DNA of 64,000 nucleotides. It comes from an uncultured delta proteobacterium. Lineage in GTDB: Bacteria; Myxococcota; Myxococcia; Myxococcales; Myxococcaceae. The notes below the pieces were generated by a model. The model was given only the letters and a program-made list of their open reading frames with translations. It did not search any database and was not told where the DNA came from. Position 1 is the stretch's first letter. Each line of letters opens with the position of its first letter. The position numbers and the translations under genes were made by a program. Location: the NCBI GenBank assembly GCA_963771175.1, contig CAVYSY010000007.1, forward strand, positions 1 through 64,000, written 5' to 3'. This document shows positions 12,101 to 21,968 of the stretch, piece by piece.

Positions 12101-13524
12101 AGCGAGACGGTCATTCCCTCCTGGACGCCGCTGAGGTTCGTCTTGGGCGCCAGGTTCAGCCCGGTGGCCGAGTTGAAGGCGGGGAACTGGCCCTTCCAGA
12201 TGCCGAAGGGCAGCTTCCAGTGGTGCCACTGCGGGTCGGACGAGGAGTCGCGCGTGTCCACCCACGAGCCGTCCTGCACGTGCACCACGTCGGTGGAGGG
12301 CGGCGTGTGGCTGACGAGGTACTCGCTGATGCCCAGGCACTGCACGCCGTTGGAGCAGGTGATGCTCCGGCCGTTGTACCAGGTGGTGGACGAGCCCGCG
12401 CGCCCGCCCGAGTTGTCCCCGTCATGGGCGATGACGAAGAACTGCTTCTGCGGGACGAGACCCTCGAAGCTCCGGAGGTTGACGACGTCGACGGTGGCCT
12501 CGCCCTCCCAGCCCTCGAGCCAGGAGCCGTTCTGGTTGACGGGGATGCCAACGATGCGTGACTCGGCGCCGGTGGCCGGGTCCACGTAGCGCACCCAGTG
12601 CGGCGTGGAGGCGAAGGGGTACTTGTTGCGGATGGTCTGCTGCTCGTGGGCCATCTGCGCGCTCACCCAGCTTCCCACGGTGCTGGTGTTCTGCAGGTCC
12701 GCGCGGTTGGGGGGCGACACGAGCGTGTCCGAGCCCGGGTCGTTCAGGAAGGGGTAGTCCTTGAGCGTGCGCGAGAAGTGGTTGTCGCCGATGACGGACC
12801 ACTGGATGCCCAGCTTCGCGAGCGTGGGGATGAGGCGCTCGGAGAAGCCCAGCTCGGTGGGGAAGAAGCCCTTGGAGGACTGGAAGTTGCCGCCCAGGAA
12901 GTAGGGCTGCGCGAGGGTGACGTTCTGGTGGAGCAGGTCCTTGAGGAAGTAGTCAGGCCCCACCAGCGGCCCCATGGAGTGGTGGCCGGTGAAGTGGATG
13001 AGGTCCAACGTGCGGTTGCCCGCCGGGGTGCGCAGGGTGTTGTTGCGCTCTCGCCAGGGCGCGCCCCAGTTGGTGTTGCCGTAGCCGGGGACGTTCTGCA
13101 GGGCGTTGAGGTCGTTGACGTTGTTCACCACCGCCCCGGACATGGTGACGTGCACCTGCCCGGTGGAGGCGTTGGCCTGCATGTCCGCCGCCACATCGGG
13201 CGGCCAGTACAGGTACGCGCCCGTCTTCGCGTCGTGCGCGTAGTAGGTGACCAGGTCGTCGTGCGGCATCGGCGCGCCCGACGGCAGGTAGTAGGTGTAG
13301 TTCGACGGGGGGTTCTTCTTCAGGTTGATGACCTGGCCGTCGTACATGTAGCGGATGGGCCCGCCCACCGGCGTCGAGGCGTACTGGCCGACGTCGTAGT
13401 ACGGCCAGAAGTTGGGCATGTGGTTGTGGTACACGTGCGACGCGGCGATCTGCGCCCGGGCTGGCCCGGCTTGCAGCAGCACCGCCGCCAGCGCGAGTCC
13501 GGCGAACGACTTCAATCGGTTCAT
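9168..13524 (-). CDS. Secreted multidomain starch-active enzyme: GH119 (GH57-related) catalytic domain, FN3 repeats, two CBM25, C-terminal CBM20; frameshift near 11015
   Basis: Signal peptide; HVYHNHMP, HFTGHH, FFPTELGFS, AHDGDN regions; four DTTAP-type FN3 units; two VYYKKGF.TPYIH.RP.GG.WT modules; GQNIYVVGNIAALGSW..EYKYIK..WESG.NR..DTW (CBM20). Confidence 0.85.
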
Positions 13525-13718
13525 GGAGCTTCCTTCTTGGGGACGCGGGGAGTTGGGGCGCCCCTGGAAGGAAATTCTCGTCTTTAGGGTCTTTCCTGTT
13601 GCCTGGCGAGAACTGGCTCGTGAATGAAAACCATGAGCACGCGCGCTGAAGCACCTGCGCCAAAGTCATTCCGGGAACAGTCGCGGGCGAGACAACGGCA
13701 GATGCTAGCGTCGACCGC

Positions 13719-14456
13719 ATGAACCTTCCGGCACCAGGGAAGTGGCTCGTACTCCTCGGCCTGCTGTTGGGCGCATGTGTCACCACGGAGCCTGCGGGGC
13801 GTGAAGAGGACGAGACGTCCGAGCCCGTGTCCGCCTCATGGGATGAAGCCCGTGCGGACCCAAGCTGCGTGGTGCCACTGTGCAGCCAGGAGCGCTGCGC
13901 CATCTGGCGCTGCCAGGACGTGGTGGAGGTGGATGACCAGCCCGTGTTGCTGGCGCAGGCCGCGGCTCCGCTCCGGGCTCCGGTTCAGGTACCGGCGCCG
14001 ATGCTCCGCACCTCCTGGGTGGACAATCCCAGCCGCTGGTGGGGCCTCCCGCTGGCTGCTCCCACGAGCGTGGATCCCGTCTTCGAAATCCCCTGGCACA
14101 ATTGGAGGGAGAGGGAGCAACAGCGGCTCGCACAGAAGACGTACCGCCACTTTTGCATCCCGGGTCCGCACGAGCCCTACGAGAAGCACCACATCTTCCC
14201 ACAGCAAAAGCAGCTGGCCCTCTGGTTCAAGAGCAAGAAGATCGACATCCATGCCTTCACCATCCGCCTGCCCAGGAGCTTCCACCAATGGCTGCACAGT
14301 GGTGGACCCGAAGGCGGGCAATGGAACGAGGCGTGGCGACAGTTCGCGAGAGAGAAGGGTGAAGGAGCCAATCAGGAGGACATCTGGCGGTTCGCGGGCG
14401 AGCTCATGAATCGGTTCGGAGTGATGGGCCCGCTCGTGCCTTATTCTTGCGACTGA
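13719..14456 (+). CDS. SitA6-type (TIGR02269/DUF2380) polymorphic toxin lipoprotein
   Basis: Lipobox LGAC; CVVPLC..ERCAIWRCQD; C-terminal EKHHIFPQ...IDIHAFTI...H.WLH.GG..GG.WN.AW nuclease-like motif. Confidence 0.85.
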   Translation: MNLPAPGKWLVLLGLLLGACVTTEPAGREEDETSEPVSASWDEARADPSCVVPLCSQERCAIWRCQDVVEVDDQPVLLAQAAAPLRAPVQVPAPMLRTSWVDNPSRWWGLPLAAPTSVDPVFEIPWHNWREREQQRLAQKTYRHFCIPGPHEPYEKHHIFPQQKQLALWFKSKKIDIHAFTIRLPRSFHQWLHSGGPEGGQWNEAWRQFAREKGEGANQEDIWRFAGELMNRFGVMGPLVPYSCD

Positions 14457-14466
14457 CCAGGAAGAC

Positions 14467-15192
14467 GTGAGCACACGCATGAACTACTTCGCCATCGATG
14501 AAGACAGGTCCGCCGGCTACACGGGTTTCGTCGACGCCGCGCACAAGTGGGGACTTCCGGGCATCGATAACTGCCCTGCCTGCAAGTCCACCTGGAGTTC
14601 CATTCTCTCGTATCCCTCCGTGGACCTGACCCCGGTGGCCGCCCTGGCCGATTTCGAAGAGGCCCGGGCCGAGCCCATCGAGGAGTATGAGCGGTTGCGC
14701 GAGCTGGTACGTCCCCTGCTGCCTCCGGGTGCCGTGTTGAAACCCGGTACGACTTTTGGCCCATCGATCGGCAAGGCGCAGGGCCGCTTCGGGCCGTTCG
14801 TCATGAACTACTCCTGGGTGCTGCTGGTGCAGCGCGAGGCCCTGGAGAAGCTCCAGGCCGAGGGCCTCCGAGGACTCAAGGGGTGCCGCATGGAGGTGCG
14901 CTTCCGTCAGCGCAACTCACCCGAGTTGCTCGAGCTGGCAATCCTCCCCGTGGGCCGCCTGCATCCCGACTGCCTGCCTCCAGACTGCGAACCTCCCTGC
15001 CCTCGCTGTGGCCGGCGTGGCGTCTCACTGCCCAAATCCCTCCTGCTGGACGCCACCACGCTCCCCAGCGACCTGGACCTGTTCCGGCTGGAGGACCATT
15101 CCACGGTCATCGTCTGTACGGAGCGCTTCGTCGATGCCTGCCGACGCCTGGGACTGGATGGCCTTGTCTTCCTCCCCGCTCCCGTCGCGTGA
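14467..15192 (+). CDS. SitI6-type double-CXXCG motif immunity protein (TIGR02264/DUF2396)
   Basis: WGLPGI..CPAC and CPRCG motifs, LFRL.D..TVIVCTERFV; starts 10 bp after the toxin. Confidence 0.85.
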   Translation: MSTRMNYFAIDEDRSAGYTGFVDAAHKWGLPGIDNCPACKSTWSSILSYPSVDLTPVAALADFEEARAEPIEEYERLRELVRPLLPPGAVLKPGTTFGPSIGKAQGRFGPFVMNYSWVLLVQREALEKLQAEGLRGLKGCRMEVRFRQRNSPELLELAILPVGRLHPDCLPPDCEPPCPRCGRRGVSLPKSLLLDATTLPSDLDLFRLEDHSTVIVCTERFVDACRRLGLDGLVFLPAPVA

Positions 15193-15227
15193 GCGTCAAC
15201 GGGCTCCTCGGAAAGAGCGCATCCCGC

Positions 15228-16076
15228 TCACGTGGGAGCCGAGCCGGACACGGGAGGACCCCAGGCGGACTCGGGGTCTTCCAGCGTGGTGCCGATGTGA
15301 TGCAGGACGCGCGAGGCGAGCACCGGGCCGATGAGGCGCGCATCGAAGGTGCAGGTGAGGGTCATCCGCTTGCCGGGGACGAGCGCGTCGCCCTCGACCA
15401 CGGGCGCATCCCGCACGGCACCCGGCGCGAGGTAGAAGGCCACCCGGGTGTACGGCACCATGGCCAGATACGCCCGCTCCAGCCCGAGCGAGCCCACGTT
15501 GGAGACGGCCACGGAGCCGAACGGGTCTCTCGGCATGCCCACCCACGCGAGGTCCACGTTGAGCGTGTACCAGACGAAGGAGAGCAGCCGGAGGACGGCG
15601 TTCATCAGGAGGCCGGGAACCCGGGAGGAGCGCCGCTTGCCACGTTCGATGACGGTGTCCCGGCGGTGGCGGACGCGCTGCACCCGCTCCTCCAGCGCGG
15701 CGGCGAAACCCTGGAGCGAGAGCTCGTCCGCACGGTGCACGGTCGCCGTGGTGAGGTCCACGCGGCCGAGGTGCTCGGGCTGCACCACGAGGACGCAGAC
15801 GCCCACGTGCTTGCGGAGCCAGGGGCGGTTCCAGCGCAGGAGGACGTTGGCCTCCGGGTAGTGACGCAGCGCATCCGCCGCGGCCTTCGCGACCAGGTGC
15901 GTCACCGTGAGGCGCTGGCCCGAGCCGGTGCGGAAGGCCTCCACGTACGCGAGCGCACGCTCCATGCGCACCTCGAGCGCGGCGTAGGCGCTCGGGTCAT
16001 GGGGGGACGTGTGCGCGCCGAGGGTGAGCCGCCGCAGCAGGCTCGGCGGGGGCGCGGGGAGGAAGGGGGAGTTCAC
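15228..16076 (-). CDS. Stand-alone 2-oxoacid dehydrogenase E2 acyltransferase-like catalytic domain
   Basis: LTVTHLVAKAAADALRHYPEAN, FGSVAVSNVGSLG, LTCTFDAR; no lipoyl domain. Confidence 0.8.
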   Translation of the reverse strand: MNSPFLPAPPPSLLRRLTLGAHTSPHDPSAYAALEVRMERALAYVEAFRTGSGQRLTVTHLVAKAAADALRHYPEANVLLRWNRPWLRKHVGVCVLVVQPEHLGRVDLTTATVHRADELSLQGFAAALEERVQRVRHRRDTVIERGKRRSSRVPGLLMNAVLRLLSFVWYTLNVDLAWVGMPRDPFGSVAVSNVGSLGLERAYLAMVPYTRVAFYLAPGAVRDAPVVEGDALVPGKRMTLTCTFDARLIGPVLASRVLHHIGTTLEDPESAWGPPVSGSAPT

Positions 16077-16091
16077 GGGCTCGTGAGCCCT

Positions 16092-16679
16092 CTACCATCG
16101 GTCATCCGTGAAGAGACAGTCGATCAGCTTCGCGTCGCCGAGGCGGGTGTTGCGCACCTGGATGTCGGGCACCGGGGTGAAGAGCGTCTCGTTGGGAAGG
16201 CGGTGGACGTGGAGCACGTCCCGCACGATGGCTTCGACCTTGTCCGCATAGGGACTGGTCTCGGGCACGTCCTCGTAGAAGGTCTCCGCGGGCGAAGCTC
16301 CCTGCTCCAACTTTCGCTGGAACGAACTGTAGAGGACGTACACGGGCGCGAGGATGCTCACCAGAACGACCACTGCGCGAAACTCCTCGACGCCTCCAGG
16401 AAGCTTCAAGACCTCGGGCAGGTACACCCGGGCGCGCCAACAGTTGTCGTTCGAAAAGAGTACGGTCCAGTCCTGCACCTTGCACCCTGGCAAGGCTTCC
16501 CTGAGCCGGGCAAGGCAATGCTTCCAGGACACCGCTTGCGTCATGGCCTCCTCTCGCGCCTCTTCCAACCGCTGGTATTGCTCCGATTCGTAGTAGCCCT
16601 CCTCACCGCTGTAGAGATTCGTGGGGTAGTAGCGGTGGACCAATTCGAGGAGCCGTGGGGCAGAGATATCGTCGTTCAT
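16092..16679 (-). CDS. Hypothetical cytoplasmic protein, candidate immunity protein
   Basis: Acidic, aromatic-rich ORF with non-shadow composition, directly downstream of a lipoprotein gene; ATG at 16679 (alternative TTG at 16709). Confidence 0.7.
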   Translation of the reverse strand: MNDDISAPRLLELVHRYYPTNLYSGEEGYYESEQYQRLEEAREEAMTQAVSWKHCLARLREALPGCKVQDWTVLFSNDNCWRARVYLPEVLKLPGGVEEFRAVVVLVSILAPVYVLYSSFQRKLEQGASPAETFYEDVPETSPYADKVEAIVRDVLHVHRLPNETLFTPVPDIQVRNTRLGDAKLIDCLFTDDRW

Positions 16680-16709
16680 TTGTCCAAGCTCCAACGCACG
16701 ATGTGCCAA

Positions 16710-17186
16710 TCACCCTCGGGGACGTCGTTGTCTGGAGCCTCGACGATCGATGAAGTCGTTGACTCGTGCTCCTGGAACAGGCCCTTGTAACAACATCTGC
16801 ATCTCGTCACGGAACCGCCTGCACATCTCCGCCGACATGAGCCCTTGTGGAAGCACCCGTTTCACGGCCGCATCCGCTGCCTTCGCTGCTTCCCGCTGAG
16901 CGAACTCATCGGAGATGACACCCAGGAAGTTGCTTTCCGGCACCTCGACTTGGACCTGGCAGGGAACGAACCGCACCCCATCCTCTTCCGATTTGCGCAC
17001 CAATGAGATGATGACCCGCGCGGCCTTCCATCCGCCGGGCTCCAGCGAATCCGCTGGCACGTAGGGCTCGAACATGAACTGCGACGGAGAGATACCGCTC
17101 CCATCGCCCTCTCCGCCGACGAACGACACGCAGGCCGTCGCGTAGAGCAGTGCAACGATGCCGAGCAGCAAGACCGGACGCGTCAT
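16710..17186 (-). CDS. Hypothetical lipoprotein, candidate toxin
   Basis: GGAGG RBS before ATG 17186; MTRPVLLLGIVALLYATAC signal peptide with lipobox Cys. Confidence 0.7.
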   Translation of the reverse strand: MTRPVLLLGIVALLYATACVSFVGGEGDGSGISPSQFMFEPYVPADSLEPGGWKAARVIISLVRKSEEDGVRFVPCQVQVEVPESNFLGVISDEFAQREAAKAADAAVKRVLPQGLMSAEMCRRFRDEMQMLLQGPVPGARVNDFIDRRGSRQRRPRG

Positions 17187-17335
17187 CGTCACACCTCCCG
17201 ATAAAAGGAGAACGCTACGCGGAGCGTGGACGCCTCGACCGTGACGGGCAGGTACATACCTCCCGTCGCGTCCACCTCCGGACGCCCCCTCACTCTCCGG
17301 TGGCGCGGGAGCCACTCGCCCGTCATGGATGCGAC

Positions 17336-18491
17336 ATGCGCACCCGCGTCCTCCTGCTGTCTTCCCTCGCCCTCCTCGCCGCCTGCTCCGGCTGCCGCAA
17401 GAGCCAGGCGAAGGCAGCCCCCGACTGCACCCTCGTCGCGGACGACTTCGGCCCCGACGGCACCGTGCCCATCACCGTCGACGTCGTCGCCCAGGGGCTC
17501 GACACCCCGTGGGGCATCGCGTGGCTCCCGGGGGGTGAGGCCCTCGTCACCGAGCGCCCCGGCCGCATCCGCCTGCTGCGCAACGGCGCGCTCCAGCCCG
17601 CCCCCGTCGCCACCGTGAAAATCTCCGCCTCTGGAGAGGGCGGCCTGCTCGGCATCGCCGCCCATCCCGACTTCGCGAGCAACCGGCGGTTCTACCTCTA
17701 CGTCACCACCGACGTGGGAGGCTCGCGGCAGAACCGCGTGGAGCGCTGGGTGCTCTCCGAGGACCATGCCAGCGCCACCTTCGAGCGCGTCATCTTCGGA
17801 GGACATCCCCGCGGCCCAGTACCACGACGGTGGGCGCATCCGCTTCGGCCCGGATGGCATGCTCTACGTCGGCACGGGCGACGCGCGCGAGCCGAGCAAC
17901 TCGCAGAACGTGGACACGCCCTCGGGCAAGCTGCTGCGGCTCACCCCGGACGGCGAGGTGCCCGCGGACAACCCCTTCCCGGGCAAGGCCACCTTCCTCC
18001 TCGGCGTCCGCAACACCCAGGGCTTCGACTGGAAGGACCGGGACACCCTCTACTTCACCGACCACGGGCCCAGTGGCGACATGGCCCGCCGCGGTCACGA
18101 CGAGGTCAATGTCGTGCACAAGGGGGACAACCTCGGCTGGCCCACCCTCTACGGCTGCGAGTCGGGCGAGGGGCTGGTCACCCCGTCCCTCACCTGGGAC
18201 GACGCGGCGCCCCCGGGCGGTGCCGCCATCTACACCGGCGATGCCATCCCCGAGTGGAAGGGCTCCCTGCTCGTCGGCACGCTCGGCTCGACGCACCTGC
18301 ACCGCGTGGTCTTCTCCCAGGAGAACCCCCGGCAGGTGACGCGGCACGAGGTGTACCTGCGCGACACGTGGGGCCGCCTGCGGGAGACCATCATGGGCCC
18401 GGACGGCCATCTCTACGTCACCACCAGCAACTGCGACGGCCGCGGGGCCTGCGGCGAGCGCAAGGACGTCATCCTGCGCATCCGTCGCTGA
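17336..18491 (+). CDS. PQQ-dependent glucose/sorbosone dehydrogenase family lipoprotein, frameshift near 17800
   Basis: GLDTPWGIAWLP, VTERPGRI, GEGGLLGIA.HPDF, HDGGRIRFGPDG.LYVGTGD, GVRNTQG, NLGWP. Confidence 0.9.
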
Positions 18492-18534
18492 CAGCGGACG
18501 GGGCCGCGTGCCCCCCAGGCCGAGCGCGAGCGCC

Positions 18535-19096
18535 TCAAGGGCCAGGAGCCGAAACAGACGGACTGACGCCTCGCTCGCTCATGACGTTCAGGATGGCCTG
18601 GCTGAAGCTGCTCCAGGTCCTCCGGCTTGCGGCTCGTCACCCAGTTGCCGTCGATGACGACCGGCTCGGTCCTCCACCTGCGCGCCCGTGTACCGCAGGT
18701 CGCTCTGCACCGTGTGCCACGCCGTCAGCTTGCGGCCCGCGTGCACGATGCCCGCTGACATCATCAACTGCGGCCCGTGGCACACCGCCGCAATCGGCCG
18801 CCTCGAATCGTCGAAGGCCCGCACGAAGTCCACGAAGCGCGCGTCAAGCCGCAGGTGGTCCGGCGAGTAGCCCCCGGGGATGAGGAGCAGGTCGTAGTCC
18901 TCGGGCCGCACATCCCCGATGCCCTTGTCCGCCTTGACGTCCTCCTTGCCCGCCTTGCCCTCCAGGTGCATCCCGGCTTTCTTGCCGATGATGTCCACCC
19001 GTGCCCGGCCGCTCTCAGTGCGTCGTAGGGCTTGCGGAACTCGGAGTCCTCGAAGCCCTCACCCAGCAGACATGCCACCTTCACGCTCCGACCCAT
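18535..19096 (-). CDS. PfpI/DJ-1 family type 1 glutamine amidotransferase-like protein, frameshifted
   Basis: GFEDSEFRKP, YDLLLIPGGYSPDHLR, AAVCHGPQL, VIDGNWVTSRKPEDL reconstructed across frames. Confidence 0.9.
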
Positions 19097-19254
19097 CTTT
19101 TCTTCCTCCTCTGGAATCAAGGTTCAGACGGTGAAGATGGGCACGCTCCCGGGGTGGAGGCCGGGCCCCCTGGTCGCTCGGCGAGGGGGGCAGTGTGCGG
19201 AATCCGTGCAGGCCGCCCGCGCATCTGCGAGGCTACCGGGCCGTGCATCTTGAG

Positions 19255-20835
19255 ATGCCCCTCATCATCGGCCTCATGGTGGCCGCCAGCGTCCTCGCCA
19301 TCGCGGCCAAGCGCGTCCGCGTTCCCTACAACGTCGCGCTGGTGGTGGGCGGGCTGCTCATCTCCGTGGGGGGCATCCTCCCGGGCGTCCCCCCGCTCAA
19401 CCCCGAGGTCGTCTTCCTCATCTGCCTGCCCCTGCTCCTCTTCGAGGGCGGCATCACCGCGGATGTCTCCAACGTCCGGGCCAACCTCCTGCCCATCGCC
19501 ACCCTGGCCACCCTGGGCATGGTGCTGGCCATCGCCGCCACCGGCACGGCGCTCCACTACACCCTGGCCCTCGCCTGGGGTCCCGCGCTGCTGCTCGGCG
19601 CCATGCTCGCCGTCACCGACACCGTCTCCATCCTCTACGCCTTCCGCCGCGCCCCCGTGCCCCGGCGCCTCTCCGGCATCATGCAGGGCGAGAGCCTCTT
19701 CAACGACGGCACCGCCCTCGTGGCCTACGCGGCCATCGCCGCCGTGGTGGTGGGGGGTGACGCCTCCTACTCCCTGCCGCTGATCAGCGCGAAGGTGCTC
19801 GGGGCCACCCTCGGAGGGCTCGCCATCGGGCTTGCCCTGGGCCTCGGGGCCGGCTTCGTCATCCGCCGCACCGAGGACCCACTGGCTGAAATCATGGTGA
19901 CCACGGCGCTGGCCTTCGCCGCCTTCGTGGTGGGCGAGCAGTTCCACCTCTCGGGCGCCATCGCCGCCGTGACGGCCGGGCTGAGCACCGGCATCAACCT
20001 GCGGCGCCACGTGGCCCCGCAGAGCCAGGTGGCCATCCACACCTTCTGGGAGTACGCCGCCTTCGGGGTGAACACCTTCCTGTTCCTCTCGGTGGGGCTC
20101 ACCACGAAGCCCGAGACGCTGGTGCGCTACCTGCCCCAGACGCTGCTCGCGGTGGCGTGTGTCTTCGCCGGGCGCGCGGTGGCCATCTACCTCCCCTTCC
20201 TGCTGCTGCGGTGGGTGCGCCCCTCCGAGGCCGTGCCCATGCGCTGGCAGCACGTCTTCGTCCTCGGCAACATCAAGGGCGCGCTCTCCATCGGCCTCGC
20301 GCTCGGCCTGCCCGCGGCCACGCCCTCGCGCGAGCTGCTGGTGGCCATCGCCTTCGGCGTCACCTTCTTCTCCCTGGTGGGCCAGGGGTTGATGCTCACC
20401 GGCATCCTCAAGCGGCTCGGCCTCTTCCACGAGGACCCGGTGGCGTACGCGGTGGCCGAGCAGCAGGCCCGTCTCATCGCCAGCCGCGCCGCGCGCCAGG
20501 AGCTGGAGCTGCTGCACGACCAGGGGTTCATCCCCCGCGCGGCCTACGAGGCCCTGCGCAGCGACTACCAGGTGGGCATCGCCAGCGCCGAGCGCGAGCT
20601 GCGGCGGCTCAGCGAGCAGCACCTCGCCCAGGGGGCGAGAATCGTCCTCACCACGCGCCGCCGGCTCATCGACGCGGAGCGCACCGCGCTGCTGTCGGCC
20701 CGGCGCGCCGGCCTCGTCCCCGAGGCCACCGCCGAGGCCCAACTGGCGAAGCTGGACGAGCGCACGTTGGAGCTGGAGCACGTGCTGTCGGGCGCTCCTG
20801 ACGGAGAGGCGAGCAGCGAGAGGAAGGTGTCATGA
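19255..20835 (+). CDS. CPA1 (NhaP-like) cation:proton antiporter
   Basis: LPLLLFEGG, AVTDTV, GESLFNDG, FWEY, GNIKGALSIGLAL; about 12 hydrophobic segments. Confidence 0.9.
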   Translation: MPLIIGLMVAASVLAIAAKRVRVPYNVALVVGGLLISVGGILPGVPPLNPEVVFLICLPLLLFEGGITADVSNVRANLLPIATLATLGMVLAIAATGTALHYTLALAWGPALLLGAMLAVTDTVSILYAFRRAPVPRRLSGIMQGESLFNDGTALVAYAAIAAVVVGGDASYSLPLISAKVLGATLGGLAIGLALGLGAGFVIRRTEDPLAEIMVTTALAFAAFVVGEQFHLSGAIAAVTAGLSTGINLRRHVAPQSQVAIHTFWEYAAFGVNTFLFLSVGLTTKPETLVRYLPQTLLAVACVFAGRAVAIYLPFLLLRWVRPSEAVPMRWQHVFVLGNIKGALSIGLALGLPAATPSRELLVAIAFGVTFFSLVGQGLMLTGILKRLGLFHEDPVAYAVAEQQARLIASRAARQELELLHDQGFIPRAAYEALRSDYQVGIASAERELRRLSEQHLAQGARIVLTTRRRLIDAERTALLSARRAGLVPEATAEAQLAKLDERTLELEHVLSGAPDGEASSERKVS

Positions 20836-21965
20836 AGATCGTCATCGCGGGTGGCGGACGGGTGGGTGGCACGCTGGCGGCGCGGCTGGTGACGGAGCAC
20901 CACCAGGTGACGGTGGTGGAGAGGGACCAGGCCACGTGCAACCGGCTCTTCGAGGACATCGGCGTGGTGACGGTGTGCGGGGATGCCACGGACCCGCGCG
21001 TGCTGGAGTCGGCGGGCGTCACCAGCGCGGACATCGCGGCCGGGGTGCTGGCGCGCGACGCGGAGAACCTGGCCTTCGCCACGTTGGTGCGCTCCATGAG
21101 CACCGCGCGGGTGATGGTGCGCATGCTGGACACCCGCTACCGGAACGCCTACCGGCTCGCCGGGGTGAGCGAATTGGTGGAGGAGGCCGAGGTGGTGGTG
21201 GCGAAGATGACCACGGCCATCGACTTCCCGCAGGTGGCGGGCTCGCTGCCGCTGGCGGCCGGGGACGCCATCCTCTTCGAGCTGAAGGTGAGCGCGAAGG
21301 CGCTGGTGTCCGGGCGCACGGTGGCGCAGGTGCGCGGCCAACCGGAATTCCCCCGCGAGTGCGTGTTCATCGGCCTGGTGGACCCGGAGGGCCACATCAT
21401 CCTGCCGGATGGGAACACGGTGCTGCGCGCGGGGCACACCATCATCCTCGTGGCCCGCCGCGCCGAGCTGGCCCGGGCCGTGGAGTGCCTCACCGCCGAG
21501 CCCCAGGGACAGGCCGACCTCCCGCTCGCCGGGATGCTGCGCAAGGTGGACTTCCTCGCGCCGCTGAGCGACGAGGAGCTCGCCACGGTGGCGCGCGGCG
21601 CCGAGTACCTCCGCAAGGAGGCCGGCGAGGCCATCTTCAAGAAGGGCGACGCGGGGGCGACGTTCTACGTCGTCGTCTCCGGGCAGGTGAGCCTGGTGGC
21701 CGAGGGCGGGCGGGTGGTGGAGGTGGTGAAGCCCGGGGGCTTCTTCGGAGAGATTGCCCTGCTCACCGGCGAGCCGCGCTCCACGAGCGCCGCGGCGGCC
21801 ACCGCGTGCGAGCTGGCCAGCGTGGGCCGCGATGACTTCCGAGGCGTGGTGATGGCCAACCCCGCCATGGCGCTGGAGATGAGCCGCATCCTCGGGCAGC
21901 GGCTGGCGAGGATGTCCCAGCAGGAGCGAGCGCCCCAGAAGCGCAAGGGCCTGTTCGGACGCTGA
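20832..21965 (+). CDS. TrkA-N/TrkA-C (RCK) protein fused to a cyclic-nucleotide-binding domain
   Basis: IVIAGGGRVG, CGDATDPRVL, PDGNTVLRAG; then IFKKGD..FYVVVSG..FFGEIALL..PRSTSA; ATGA overlap with the antiporter. Confidence 0.85.
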   Translation: MKIVIAGGGRVGGTLAARLVTEHHQVTVVERDQATCNRLFEDIGVVTVCGDATDPRVLESAGVTSADIAAGVLARDAENLAFATLVRSMSTARVMVRMLDTRYRNAYRLAGVSELVEEAEVVVAKMTTAIDFPQVAGSLPLAAGDAILFELKVSAKALVSGRTVAQVRGQPEFPRECVFIGLVDPEGHIILPDGNTVLRAGHTIILVARRAELARAVECLTAEPQGQADLPLAGMLRKVDFLAPLSDEELATVARGAEYLRKEAGEAIFKKGDAGATFYVVVSGQVSLVAEGGRVVEVVKPGGFFGEIALLTGEPRSTSAAAATACELASVGRDDFRGVVMANPAMALEMSRILGQRLARMSQQERAPQKRKGLFGR

Positions 21966-21968
21966 GGG

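Noticed and set aside
9030..12561. Long antisense or alternate-frame ORFs (e.g. 9030-11168, 10975-12561 and many similar)
   Set aside because: Shadow ORFs typical of high-GC DNA, Arg/Gly/Ala-rich and overlapping well-supported genes
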